From NCBI GenBank assembly GCA_041489255.1, contig JBGPQV010000006.1, positions 65,147 to 129,146 of the forward strand: DNA of 64,000 nt. Reading direction: 5' to 3'. The first letter of the stretch is position 1; each line of letters opens with the position of its first letter. The stretch comes from Thermoplasmata archaeon (GTDB taxonomy: Archaea > Thermoplasmatota > Thermoplasmata > RBG-16-68-12 > JAFNFQ01). Shown here one piece after another: positions 9,340-18,265 of this stretch. The translations under genes were made by a program, and so were the position numbers. The notes under the pieces are model-generated. The model ran no database searches and was not told the DNA's origin. It saw only the letters and a list, made by a program, of their open reading frames with translations.

Positions 9340-9446
9340 GGGCCTGTAGTGTAGCCAGGATATCACAGAGGCCTCCGGAGCCTCTGACTCGGGTTCGAAA
9401 CGCCCTCCCGTGAAGCGAGGGGGCGGCGAAAATCCCGACAGGCCCG
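9340..9446 (+). tRNA. tRNA-Arg(CCG) with 33-nt intron in the T-loop (59/60; intron 9400-9432)
   Basis: Acceptor GGGCCTG/CAGGCCC, anticodon arm GAGGC-CTCCGGA-GCCTC, T-stem TCGGG/CCCGA; removing 9400-9432 restores TTCGAAT; TTCG/CGAA helix flanked by 3-nt bulges. Confidence 0.9.
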
Positions 9447-9451
9447 TCCCC

Positions 9452-10144
9452 TCACGTCTTGAACTGCAACTCGATATCCTCGGAGGGCGTCTCCGCGACG
9501 ATCGTGAAGCCGCGGCTCGATTGCTGGGTAACCTTCGGCGCGAGACCGTGATCGCCGAGGAGGGCGATGAGCCGCTCCTTGGTTTCCTTGGGGTCGCGGT
9601 CGGTCCCGCTCGTCATGGCGGGGGCATCGGTCACCATCTTGTACCTGACGCGGACGCCCTTCCCCTGAGATGCTACGAATCCGAGCGACTTGAGGGATTT
9701 GAGTCTGGCAGAGACCAGCTGCTGATAGGAGTCCGTCTCCTTCACGATTTCCCTGACGGAGACTTCGCCGTCTCTCTTGATTATCCGGATTATCGGACCG
9801 AACCTCTCGTCGCGGACGAGGGTCATTGCGACAACGTCATCGCGACGTGCGGACAACGGAGAGAATAGCGCGGTCTTCCTCCCGAGCGAGATCCCCTCGA
9901 GGATGCCTACGACCAAGAGGACCGAGACGTGCCAGCGCAGAGACTGGAGCGGTATGCCGAGTTTCCTCTGCATCTCCCTAAGGTGCATTCCTGGCTCGTT
10001 GAACACCGCCTGGAATATGCGCAGACGCCTTTGGTTCATAAGTTGCGAGACGCCAGACCTGCGCGGTTCTATCCTGAGAAGCACGACCTCCTCGCCGAGG
10101 GCGCGCCTCAGCGCCTTGCCGACGCTCTCCCGCTTGCGGGGCAT
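9452..10144 (-). CDS. Double winged-helix (ArsR-like) transcriptional regulator
   Basis: RLRIFQAVFNEPGMHLREMQRKLG...LRWHV..L and a second wHTH VSVREIV...VSARLKSL. Confidence 0.8.
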   Translation of the reverse strand: MPRKRESVGKALRRALGEEVVLLRIEPRRSGVSQLMNQRRLRIFQAVFNEPGMHLREMQRKLGIPLQSLRWHVSVLLVVGILEGISLGRKTALFSPLSARRDDVVAMTLVRDERFGPIIRIIKRDGEVSVREIVKETDSYQQLVSARLKSLKSLGFVASQGKGVRVRYKMVTDAPAMTSGTDRDPKETKERLIALLGDHGLAPKVTQQSSRGFTIVAETPSEDIELQFKT

Positions 10145-10161
10145 TGGCGCAGCATGCGCCT

Positions 10162-11004
10162 TCAGAATGAAAAGGCTTTGCGGTCGCCCCTCGCGCCCTC
10201 GTTCTCTGGAGGGAACGCGGGCTGGAACTCCACGCCGATCTCCTCGCAGTTCTCGCGGAGCTCCGCATCAATCGCATCGAAGTAAGTCGGGTCCTCCAAA
10301 TCAGAGAGAAAAGCTGCCCGTTCGTCGGGAAGCAACTGGATTGCCGCCTTGCGCATCCTCTCCATGACGCCAGGCCGCTTCCTGAGCCTGTCCCCAAGGA
10401 TCTTGACCGCTCCCGCCTCGGTAATCTCGCGAACGAGGACTTCGAGAGGTTCTCCCCTAAGCCCGGGCAGGTAAGGCCCGATGAACGCCCAGACCTCGAT
10501 TCCCTCGTCGGCAAGAGCCCTCATCGTGTCGAGCCTCTTGCGCGGCGGGGCGGCCAGCGGTTCGACCGCGCGGGAGACATACTCGTCCAGGGTGGTGACA
10601 GTTATCCCCACGTCGAGCTCCTCGAACGTCGACAGGATGTCAATGTCCCTGAGAATCAATGCGGACTTCGTCTGTATGCTCACTCGCAAGGGGGAGTCGC
10701 GCAGGCGCGAGAGGCAGGAACGGGTCGTGTGGTACCTCGCCTCGATCGGCTGGTATGCGTCGGTGACTGTGCCGACCCCGACGACGCCCTCGTGCTTGCT
10801 CCTCAGATCCATGTTCAGGATTGCGGGCATGTCCCCTCTCACGTCGACGAAAGTGCCCCACTCCCTCGTCTCTCTCAGGACCGCGGGGGCGTAGCAGTAG
10901 GCGCATCCGTGTGCGCATCCCCTGTAGGGGTTGAGCGCGAAATCGAGGCCGGGTAGAGATGACGGGACCAGGGCATGTCTGCAGGAGACCTGCACGACCT
11001 TCAA
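10162..11004 (-). CDS. Radical SAM protein, spore photoproduct lyase-like family
   Basis: LNPYRGCAHGCAYCYA, VTDAYQPIE, IQTKS..ILRDID, EP.A.PP..RL. Confidence 0.9.
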   Translation of the reverse strand: MKVVQVSCRHALVPSSLPGLDFALNPYRGCAHGCAYCYAPAVLRETREWGTFVDVRGDMPAILNMDLRSKHEGVVGVGTVTDAYQPIEARYHTTRSCLSRLRDSPLRVSIQTKSALILRDIDILSTFEELDVGITVTTLDEYVSRAVEPLAAPPRKRLDTMRALADEGIEVWAFIGPYLPGLRGEPLEVLVREITEAGAVKILGDRLRKRPGVMERMRKAAIQLLPDERAAFLSDLEDPTYFDAIDAELRENCEEIGVEFQPAFPPENEGARGDRKAFSF

Positions 11005-11450
11005 CGCTTCCGCCCCCTGACCGCTTTATTGATGACTGTGCGGGCGGACTCGGTCATGTTCAGCTCTTGGAGCTCGCCGAGCGGCGTCCACTTTGCGTCC
11101 GCCACATCGCTCCCCGCCGCAAGATCGCCGCCGCGCCACCCCGATAGAAAGTCGACGATGATATAGTGGAAGCGGACCCTACCCTTGTCGTCCCTGTTCA
11201 CAGCGTCGACGACCTCGAACAACTCCGTCGGCTCGATCTCGATGCCGCACTCCTCCATGACTTCCCGCCTCAACGCATCCTTGACGGTCTCCCCAATCTC
11301 GACGAGGCCGCCGGGGATGCTCCACATGCCCTTGCTCGGTTCCTTGCCGCGCTTCACCAGGAGAACGCTGTCGCCGCGCATGACGATCGCCCCGACGCCG
11401 ACCAGCGGGTGCTTCGGGTACTCCCGGTCCTCAGCATCCGATGAAGTCAT
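11001..11450 (-). CDS. NUDIX hydrolase
   Basis: Nudix box PGGLVEIGETVKDALRREVMEECG. Confidence 0.93.
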   Translation of the reverse strand: MTSSDAEDREYPKHPLVGVGAIVMRGDSVLLVKRGKEPSKGMWSIPGGLVEIGETVKDALRREVMEECGIEIEPTELFEVVDAVNRDDKGRVRFHYIIVDFLSGWRGGDLAAGSDVADAKWTPLGELQELNMTESARTVINKAVRGRKR

Positions 11451-12789
11451 CGACAGTCCTCTGGTGCAGGGCGTATCTCAGGATCTCGCTTCTCTTGATA
11501 TAGCGTGACATCGGGATGTCGAGCCTTGTGGAAAGATGCCCGAACACCTCGTTCAGGCTGCTGTAATTGGCGGGCTCCGTCCTCAGCGCCCTCCTCACGT
11601 TCTCCCTCACGTTCCAAACGCCTATCGGCATGATGTACCCGGGGTGAGTCTCCCGCAATATGACCGTCGCGGCCTGGCGCCTCTCGCCCTCCAGCTTCTC
11701 CGCGACAGCGAGTCTGGCGGCGTAGTAGCAGCCGCCGATGTCGGCGTAGGTGGTCCTCCCGCCATAGTATTCGTGGCTGTTGATGAGCCAAGTCTGCTGG
11801 CCGGTCGGGTTCCAGAGGGTCCCGGGGTACCACGCCTCGATGAGCTCGTACATCCAGGAGTGAGGCATCATGATGACGAGGAACCTGTCGTCGTAGCCTA
11901 TGCTCTCATAGACCCGATACTCGTTGATAAGGGGGAACCTCTTCACCTTCTCCCTCAGGTTCTTCCCTATCGTGTCGTCCACGGCAGTGATGGACCATCG
12001 TGTCGGCACGAACTTCCTGTTATCCTCGAGGCCGAAGGCTCCGACGCTGAAAGCCCTCTGGATCTTGGAGACGGGGATGCCCTCCCGGTAGAGGCCGAGC
12101 ACCGCAGGGACCGCCTTGAGGTCGGTGTCGCTATAGGCCTTGTCGAGCTTCGCATCGACCTTGTAGCTCGAGATATCCATGGTCTTGAGGGGGGCCGAGG
12201 GACCGAAGGGCTGCGTCTCGTCATCGAGAACGATCCGCCCGAAGGGTCTCTTGGTGAACTCCACTTCGACATCGGTTACCATCGTGCTCAGGGCGAGCTC
12301 CCTCGTCAGGTCGACTATCCTCCCGCCGTTCTCGACATCCATGACGTGGACCCGGTGCATCCCCCTGACCAGCTGCGAGCGGAAGGAGACTATGTCCTCA
12401 ATTGACCTGCTCAGCCACTGCTCCGGCATGTCCAAGATCGCAGTGTCCGCGTGGAATGGCGGGACCAAGGGCCCGACATACACCTTGGGGTACCCGAACC
12501 TCCCGACGAACACTCCCGGCGGGGATGACCCATCGATGTTGAATGAGTCGATGAGAGGCTGCGTCTTCATCAGGAAGTCCCATTTCACCATTATCGGGCA
12601 GCGCGTCTTCCCGCACAGGAGCTTCGAGCCGCGGCATTGAACACATTGACCTGACGCGGAGGAGTCTTGGGCGGCCGCATCGAAGACCGATTCCAGCCTG
12701 GGCTGACTCTGGATCAACGCCCACGCAATCGTGGCGCGGGCATAAGAGGCTGACGGGTGGTGCGGCGAAACTTGCGGGATAGGGCTCAC
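11431..12789 (-). CDS. nreA: Archaeal DNA repair protein Nre (PCNA-interacting)
   Basis: CVQCRG..LLCG...CP, SPPGVFVGRFGYPKV, VPTRWSITAVD, GGCYYAARL, PIP-like QRTVDDF; true start may be downstream. Confidence 0.92.
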   Translation of the reverse strand: MSPIPQVSPHHPSASYARATIAWALIQSQPRLESVFDAAAQDSSASGQCVQCRGSKLLCGKTRCPIMVKWDFLMKTQPLIDSFNIDGSSPPGVFVGRFGYPKVYVGPLVPPFHADTAILDMPEQWLSRSIEDIVSFRSQLVRGMHRVHVMDVENGGRIVDLTRELALSTMVTDVEVEFTKRPFGRIVLDDETQPFGPSAPLKTMDISSYKVDAKLDKAYSDTDLKAVPAVLGLYREGIPVSKIQRAFSVGAFGLEDNRKFVPTRWSITAVDDTIGKNLREKVKRFPLINEYRVYESIGYDDRFLVIMMPHSWMYELIEAWYPGTLWNPTGQQTWLINSHEYYGGRTTYADIGGCYYAARLAVAEKLEGERRQAATVILRETHPGYIMPIGVWNVRENVRRALRTEPANYSSLNEVFGHLSTRLDIPMSRYIKRSEILRYALHQRTVDDFIGC

Positions 12790-12839
12790 GGTGGCGGTCC
12801 GTGTCGGACGCGGGCACGCGGCCCAATCGGCTGCCGGGA

Positions 12840-13940
12840 CTATGCCACTATCCGTCCGTGCGAGACCAATCTCTTCCCGTCCACCTCGAGTGTCGCGTCG
12901 TTGAGGAATGCGGGGGTCCCGAAAGCGCTTCGGTTGTTGCCGCCAAGCTCGGAATTGTCACCGATGCCGATCGTGACCACGCCCTCCACGATGCTGTTCT
13001 CCAGGAACCCGCATTTGGCGGCGGGATTCAAGCCCACTTGCATCCATCCCAGCTGGTCGGCGCCCTTCTTCCTCTTTTCCTCCGTGAAGAACATCTTGAA
13101 GACATCGAGGTGCTCGTCCGCGTCGACCTTCCTCATCCTCCCGCCCTCGAACTCCCAGCTCAGCGCCCTTATCAAATGACCTGCCTGAGGGATCGGCGAT
13201 GTAGAGACTACCCTCCCCTCGCCGCTGCCCTTCTTCAGCGCGATGCCGACCGCCCCATCCGGGAGTGAAGCGTGATAGCTCGACCTGACTCCCTTCCTCG
13301 GCCTTATCTCTCCGTTCGAGAGGGTCGGCATTGCGCCGTGAAACTCGAACTCGAAGTCAGTTCCCCCGGGTGCGGTGACCCTGCCCTTCCTCGCCCGCGA
13401 CAGCGCCCTGGCGATCGGCTCCCCTTTCTTCTTCATGAGCTTGGGGTCCACCGCCATGGCCTGCAGCGATGAGCTGTGCCACTCCCCGTAATCGAAGCCA
13501 TAGGTACGCGCCCTCGCCTCCGTCACCCTGGAAATCGACAGGTCGAGTGTGGGCACATTCCTCTTCTCAAATGGCTTGTACGTGGCCGTGGCCCCCTTGT
13601 CGTTCGCCGCCCACCTCTCAGGAGGTATGTCCCTCATCCTGCTGGGGTCCTGTGGGCCTCCGATGTACACCTGTGCAGTGGACGCCTTGAGGAATGCTTG
13701 CCCCAAGGATGACGGCGATTTGAGCCAGCTCGCAGGGAGATTCAGCAACGCATCGTACCAGATGTCGTCTGAGTCCAGGGAGATAACGGTGTCCGCCCCC
13801 GCCCTCCTCGCTGCCTTCACTATCTCCTTGGCGAGCGGAAGCATGTGCTCCGTCGTGTGCACGCCAAGCGAGTCCTTCTTTCCCAGCCTGATGCAGTCCT
13901 TCACAATCCTGTCCGCGACGATCCCGTAGTCAATGTCCAT
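12840..13940 (-). CDS. Peptidase M29 (AmpT/AmpS) family protein, metal ligands not conserved
   Basis: GGTDF.F, LPDG, GLNP, IGIG.N..LGG.N, TLEVDG backbone motifs present; ligand positions substituted. Confidence 0.8.
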   Translation of the reverse strand: MDIDYGIVADRIVKDCIRLGKKDSLGVHTTEHMLPLAKEIVKAARRAGADTVISLDSDDIWYDALLNLPASWLKSPSSLGQAFLKASTAQVYIGGPQDPSRMRDIPPERWAANDKGATATYKPFEKRNVPTLDLSISRVTEARARTYGFDYGEWHSSSLQAMAVDPKLMKKKGEPIARALSRARKGRVTAPGGTDFEFEFHGAMPTLSNGEIRPRKGVRSSYHASLPDGAVGIALKKGSGEGRVVSTSPIPQAGHLIRALSWEFEGGRMRKVDADEHLDVFKMFFTEEKRKKGADQLGWMQVGLNPAAKCGFLENSIVEGVVTIGIGDNSELGGNNRSAFGTPAFLNDATLEVDGKRLVSHGRIVA

Positions 13941-14021
13941 ATCGATTCCTCCTCACGGTCCGGGGAGCGCTCCGCGACTACTTAAGAATGCACGGCGGAT
14001 CCGCGGATGTCCCGAGATTTC

Positions 14022-14570
14022 TCATCTGGCGGCGAACAGGTGGTACTTCTGGCTCGGGTCGGACAGTTCCATCTCAATTCGCTTCGCGATCAGCTTGTCC
14101 GGATGCCTGATGGCGGGAACCCTCTGCGCGATGTCCTCGAAGCCCTTGAACGGCCCCTTCTTCCTCTCCTCCAGGACCATCCACATCGTCTTCTTCCCCA
14201 AGCCAGGCAGCAGCTCGAGCATGTGGAACCGAGTTGTTATCGCCTGCGCCTCGTTGAAGAACCTGACGAACCTCTCGGCCTTCTCGATTACGACCTCGTC
14301 GATGATGAACGGGAGTTCGCTCTGCGCGGCGTTCGTCAGCTCCTCCCAGCTCACCCTCCTCTTCACATGGAGGATGACGTCCCTCTTTTCGATGTCCTTG
14401 CCTATGTAAGCCCTGTCACCGGCGGTGAGCGTGACGTTTTCCTTCGGCGTGAGCTCGAACAGTTTGAACTCGTCCTCGCCCAGCGCATAGGCCACGGGCT
14501 CGCGATAGGACCTCGAGCGGTCGGGATGACCCTGAGGCAAGTGGTCGAGGATGCGAACGTAGTCTTCCAA
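14022..14570 (-). CDS. DUF655 putative RNA-binding protein
   Basis: ILDHLPQG, FKLFEL, FFNEA..ITTRFHMLELLPGLGKK; conserved next to rpo4. Confidence 0.92.
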   Translation of the reverse strand: MEDYVRILDHLPQGHPDRSRSYREPVAYALGEDEFKLFELTPKENVTLTAGDRAYIGKDIEKRDVILHVKRRVSWEELTNAAQSELPFIIDEVVIEKAERFVRFFNEAQAITTRFHMLELLPGLGKKTMWMVLEERKKGPFKGFEDIAQRVPAIRHPDKLIAKRIEMELSDPSQKYHLFAAR

Positions 14571-14583
14571 GTCAATCCCGACC

Positions 14584-14904
14584 TCACAGGTACTTGGCGA
14601 CTATCTGCAGAACTCGATCTGTGTCCTCCTTAGACAGGGCGAACCGTTCCTTCGCGAGGATCGCCCGCACGTCGTCGGCGTGATTCGGGAGGATGTCGAC
14701 GATCTTTATCGCGTTGGAGAGTGTCATCATCGGCACTTCCATCAGCTCCTTGACCAGCTCCCTGGCCTTCGTCACGCCGAGCCTCGCGAAAAGCTGCGTG
14801 TGCTGCAGTGCGGATTGCTGCTCGGGGGTGAGCGATGGCCGCGTGTCCTTCTCCTTCTCCAAGAGGTTCTTGACCTCTGCCAGCGACAGGTACTCCTCTT
14901 CCAT
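14584..14904 (-). CDS. rpoF: RNA polymerase subunit Rpo4 (F)
   Basis: YLSLAEVK, AIKIVDILP...DDVRAILAKE; position after rpl21e. Confidence 0.93.
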   Translation of the reverse strand: MEEEYLSLAEVKNLLEKEKDTRPSLTPEQQSALQHTQLFARLGVTKARELVKELMEVPMMTLSNAIKIVDILPNHADDVRAILAKERFALSKEDTDRVLQIVAKYL

Positions 14905-14916
14905 GCTATTCCCTCC

Positions 14917-15207
14917 TCAGGCCCGCTTGAGGTGCTCGGGCAGCGCGATCGCCTTCTTGATCTTCCCGCCGAACCTCACGTCAATGACATACGCCCTGCC
15001 CCTCGTCTCCACCACCTTGCCTGTCAGGCCGTGGAAGCGCTTGTGGGGCTGTCCTTTGTGCACTCCCGAGTCGATGATTATTGAGACCTTGTCCCCTTCC
15101 TCGAAATGCTGGAGCGCCCTCGTGATCGGGGAAAGCCCGCGCTGCCTCGCCCGCTTGCGGAACTTCTGGCGGGTCTTCCTCATTATGCCCTTCGACGCCT
15201 TCACCAT
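14917..15207 (-). CDS. rpl21e: 50S ribosomal protein L21e
   Basis: S.G..RKTR, GDKV.I.ID...HKGQPH.RFHGLTG, PEHL. Confidence 0.97.
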   Translation of the reverse strand: MVKASKGIMRKTRQKFRKRARQRGLSPITRALQHFEEGDKVSIIIDSGVHKGQPHKRFHGLTGKVVETRGRAYVIDVRFGGKIKKAIALPEHLKRA

Positions 15208-15210
15208 GGT

Positions 15211-16473
15211 CTATTCCCCGTCGTGGACCTCTAGCACGTCCAGCTCCAGCACGTCGCAGGGAATCCCCAGGACCCCGGCGAGGCTCGGCTCCGTCCGTCC
15301 CTGGTCGCCATGGACCAGCTCCTTGACGTAGCTGCCAGCCTCGGCGCGGATAACTAGCTCGAGAAGCGGTCCTTCGAGCATCGTCATCTCGATGCCCTTG
15401 ATCCACCTTTCTCGCACCTTGTCCGCCCTTCGATGGGATACCCTAATAGGGGTTCTCTGCGCGACTGGTGAAACGAGTAATGATGCTATCCCTTTTTTAA
15501 CCTTTTCCTCGTCGATTGGAGCACTCAGGCGGATTAGGATTCGGTACGTCTTGTCGCACGTTCTGTCCTTCAGCGCGACGACCTCTTTCCTGTTCGTGAA
15601 CCTGAGGTCCGAGACCTCGACGGTGCCCGAGGAGTTCACCGCGATCTCGACCTTGATGAGGTCGATGCTCCGCCTCCTGGGATTGAGTATCTCCACGATG
15701 AAGGGCCTGCCGCGTCCGAGCATCCTCGCGTCGATGTCTTCCCGCCCGAGTCCGTGGAGTGCATGCCCGGTCCCGCCAGACTGCTCCATGACCACCTTGG
15801 CGATCACCTCCTCGACGCTCGACTCGTACATCTTCCCCTTGCCGCCGCAATGCTCGCAGCCCTTACCCTGACACCGCCTGCACGGCCACTTCGTTTGCGG
15901 GATCCCGCGCACCAGCTTCCTGTACCGCCCGTAGATGAAGAGCGACGTGACCTGGAGCTGGACGACGTCGAAAGCGGTGTCTATCAGCGCAACTACGTCG
16001 GGGTGCTCGAACTCCGCCGGCCTGCCGGCGAGAGACTCGATCCTCTTGCCGACCTCGCGATTGATTTCCGTTTTCAAAGGTTCGGCGTGCGCCGAGCCCA
16101 CCGCCGTCCAAAGCTCCTCCTCCCGCGCCGCAACATCCGGTGCGATGCGGGACCCGATCAGAAAAGACCGCCACTCCCAACCCTCAAGCGACTTGAGGAC
16201 GAGGGTGACGAATTTGTCAACCTCGGTTACGAGGCCGTCGCAGAGCCAGCATCGCTCCGGCTCTTGTAGCTCCAGCGCTGGACGCAGAATGGCCCCGCGC
16301 TCCTTGTTCGACATGCCGTGGCCCAAATGACCCGCGAGCCGTCCGACACAGGAGCCGCACAGCTGGCGGTCACCCAGCTCATTCCATGAGATGCCCTTGA
16401 TCGCTTCCTCGAGCGGGAACTGACCTTCCTTCACGCCAGCCGCAAGTCCGGGCATCCTATTAAGTTCACGCAA
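15211..16473 (-). CDS. pus10: tRNA pseudouridine(54/55) synthase Pus10
   Basis: GRYRKLVRGIPQTKW, HGLGREDIDARMLG.GRPF, Q.TP.RV.HRRAD, YVKELVHGD.GRT.PS; start probably slightly downstream. Confidence 0.95.
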   Translation of the reverse strand: MRELNRMPGLAAGVKEGQFPLEEAIKGISWNELGDRQLCGSCVGRLAGHLGHGMSNKERGAILRPALELQEPERCWLCDGLVTEVDKFVTLVLKSLEGWEWRSFLIGSRIAPDVAAREEELWTAVGSAHAEPLKTEINREVGKRIESLAGRPAEFEHPDVVALIDTAFDVVQLQVTSLFIYGRYRKLVRGIPQTKWPCRRCQGKGCEHCGGKGKMYESSVEEVIAKVVMEQSGGTGHALHGLGREDIDARMLGRGRPFIVEILNPRRRSIDLIKVEIAVNSSGTVEVSDLRFTNRKEVVALKDRTCDKTYRILIRLSAPIDEEKVKKGIASLLVSPVAQRTPIRVSHRRADKVRERWIKGIEMTMLEGPLLELVIRAEAGSYVKELVHGDQGRTEPSLAGVLGIPCDVLELDVLEVHDGE

Positions 16474-16587
16474 AGCTCAAGACTGGGACCACGACCGCAG
16501 CGCAATCCGGTGCTCAGGCTAGGCAACGATAGCTTTCGCGCTGCGAACCATCATGGCAAAAGGCTCCGTGCCCCGCGCAGAGCGTCG

Positions 16588-16869
16588 CTACTTCGTGACG
16601 TAAATCTCGATGCATGAGACGTTCACGGTCCCGCCTTCCTCCCTGGGGAGCTTCTCCGTTGAGATCTGTATGTCCCTTATCTTCGAGTCCGGCACGAACC
16701 GGTTCTTGACTATCTCGGCGACGTCGACGGCCCTGCTGATGCTCCTGCCTCTGGCCCTGATGACCACTTCTGAAGAACCGCTGTTGAACTGCGTCATGAC
16801 TGCGAGGACGTAGTTCATCGTGGGTTTCTTGCCGATGTAGACTATGTTCTCTTTGTTCTCTGCTGCCAT
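16588..16869 (-). CDS. albA: DNA/RNA-binding protein Alba
   Basis: [27 protein letters not shown]. Confidence 0.97.
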   Translation of the reverse strand: MAAENKENIVYIGKKPTMNYVLAVMTQFNSGSSEVVIRARGRSISRAVDVAEIVKNRFVPDSKIRDIQISTEKLPREEGGTVNVSCIEIYVTK

Positions 16870-17115
16870 GGTCCTCCTCCCTTGGCTCAGTTGGTCATTT
16901 CGCGCGACCTTATTTAACTGTCGCCTAGGTGGTTATCATCGGCGGCATTCAGGAGGGCATCTTTCTCCCTGAAGCGATTGTCGCGGGTTGGCGGCGGAGA
17001 GGCCGGCTCGAAACCCGTCCTTGCTTATTTCTCCACGCAAACCGGTTCCGATGATGCAGAGGACCCACCGAGAAACCTATAAATACACATGCGCCAATGA
17101 GAAAGGCCGAGAAGA

Positions 17116-17280
17116 ATGCCGAAGGACAAGAGCGAAGGATTCCACTCAGCGGCGGGGCTCATCAGATATTTCGATCAGGAAGACGAAAAGGCGCTTAAGG
17201 TGCCGCCTTGGGTCGTCGTGTTCCTCTGCATTTTCATGTCCGCCGCGGTAATCATCGCGACCTGGCAGTGGCCGGCCTGA
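17116..17280 (+). CDS. secG: Preprotein translocase subunit Sec61beta/SecG (54 aa, not in ORF track)
   Basis: Manual translation MPKDKSEGFHSAAGLIRYFDQEDEKALKVPPWVVVFLCIFMSAAVIIATWQWPA; TATA-like TATAAATA upstream. Confidence 0.9.
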   Translation: MPKDKSEGFHSAAGLIRYFDQEDEKALKVPPWVVVFLCIFMSAAVIIATWQWPA

Positions 17281-17394
17281 TCGAGTTCAGTCTCGGCGGC
17301 TGTCCAGTGTGCTGGAGTATGAGCGCATCTTCTGATACCGCAATGATAATAAACGCGCCTGCCTAGGGAATCTCGACAGCAGGATACGCTCGAT

Positions 17395-17799
17395 TTGCCG
17401 AAAGAAGATACCCCCGAAGACGACTTCTATTCGAGGATTCCCGTGGAGCTGAACATGGGCGAGCTGCGCATGGACGAGCACATCAAGAAGGGCCAGGGCG
17501 ACAGGACAGCCATCCACTATCTCGACAAAACCTTCAGCTACTCGTGGTTGAAGGAGAACGCCAATAAGGCGGCGAACGCGTTCGAGTACCTCTGCCTTGA
17601 GATCGAGAACCGGTTCATGACCCGCTCCACGACCGCGCGGAGATTCCGCGCGACCGAGCGGCGACGCCGCACGAACGAGCGGAGGCAGGAACCAGCGCGC
17701 CAGAAATCGGCTCCCATAGGGAGAATACGGGCAACGGTCGGAGCGGTCCACGACAGACCGGCAGATACCGCCACAGGCCCCGGATACGTCGCCGGATGA
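17395..17799 (+). pseudogene. N-terminal fragment of an acyl/aryl-CoA ligase (benzoate-CoA ligase-like)
   Basis: LNMGE..MDEHIKKGQGDRTAIHY....SY..L....NKAANA....LEIENR resembles the ligase N-terminus; similarity stops after about 78 aa. Confidence 0.65.
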
Positions 17800-17924
17800 C
17801 CGTTTGCCGCCGACGGCGGGTCCGGAGCAGCAGCTGTGAGGGCAGGAGATCAAGAATAAGGAAGAACGCCCCTCCTTCCGAGGAGGCTTGATGCATGCTC
17901 TCGCTCTGGCGCTCGCGGGTGATA

Positions 17925-18152
17925 CTACTTCGTCGCCTCGGGAATCGGAACGGGCCGCATGGTGGCGGTCGCGTCGTCGTTCTGCCTGATCTTGCTCCGG
18001 AGGCGCTGGAAGATCTTCGCGGCGCTGCTCGTCTTGTCCACCGCCGCGATGGCCATGTCGAGCATGCCCGAGGCGGTGACGTAGGCCTGCCTCATCTTAG
18101 TCTCGCAGACGACGGTCGCAACTTTCAGCTGCCACTTGAAGCCTTCCTGCAC
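17925..18152 (-). CDS. Small hypothetical protein
   Basis: SD GGAGGTGA 5 nt before GTG; core-like codon usage; GC hairpin downstream (about 17866-17890). Confidence 0.45.
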   Translation of the reverse strand: MQEGFKWQLKVATVVCETKMRQAYVTASGMLDMAIAAVDKTSSAAKIFQRLRSKIRQNDDATATMRPVPIPEATK

Positions 18153-18265
18153 GGCGTTCACCTCCAGGAAATTGAATGCCGGATTGTATAGGCACGGAGG
18201 GATCAGGAACTCCAGCTGCCATCGGAATCCATGACTGTGCGGCCCGGGGGAAGAGCAACCTATAA

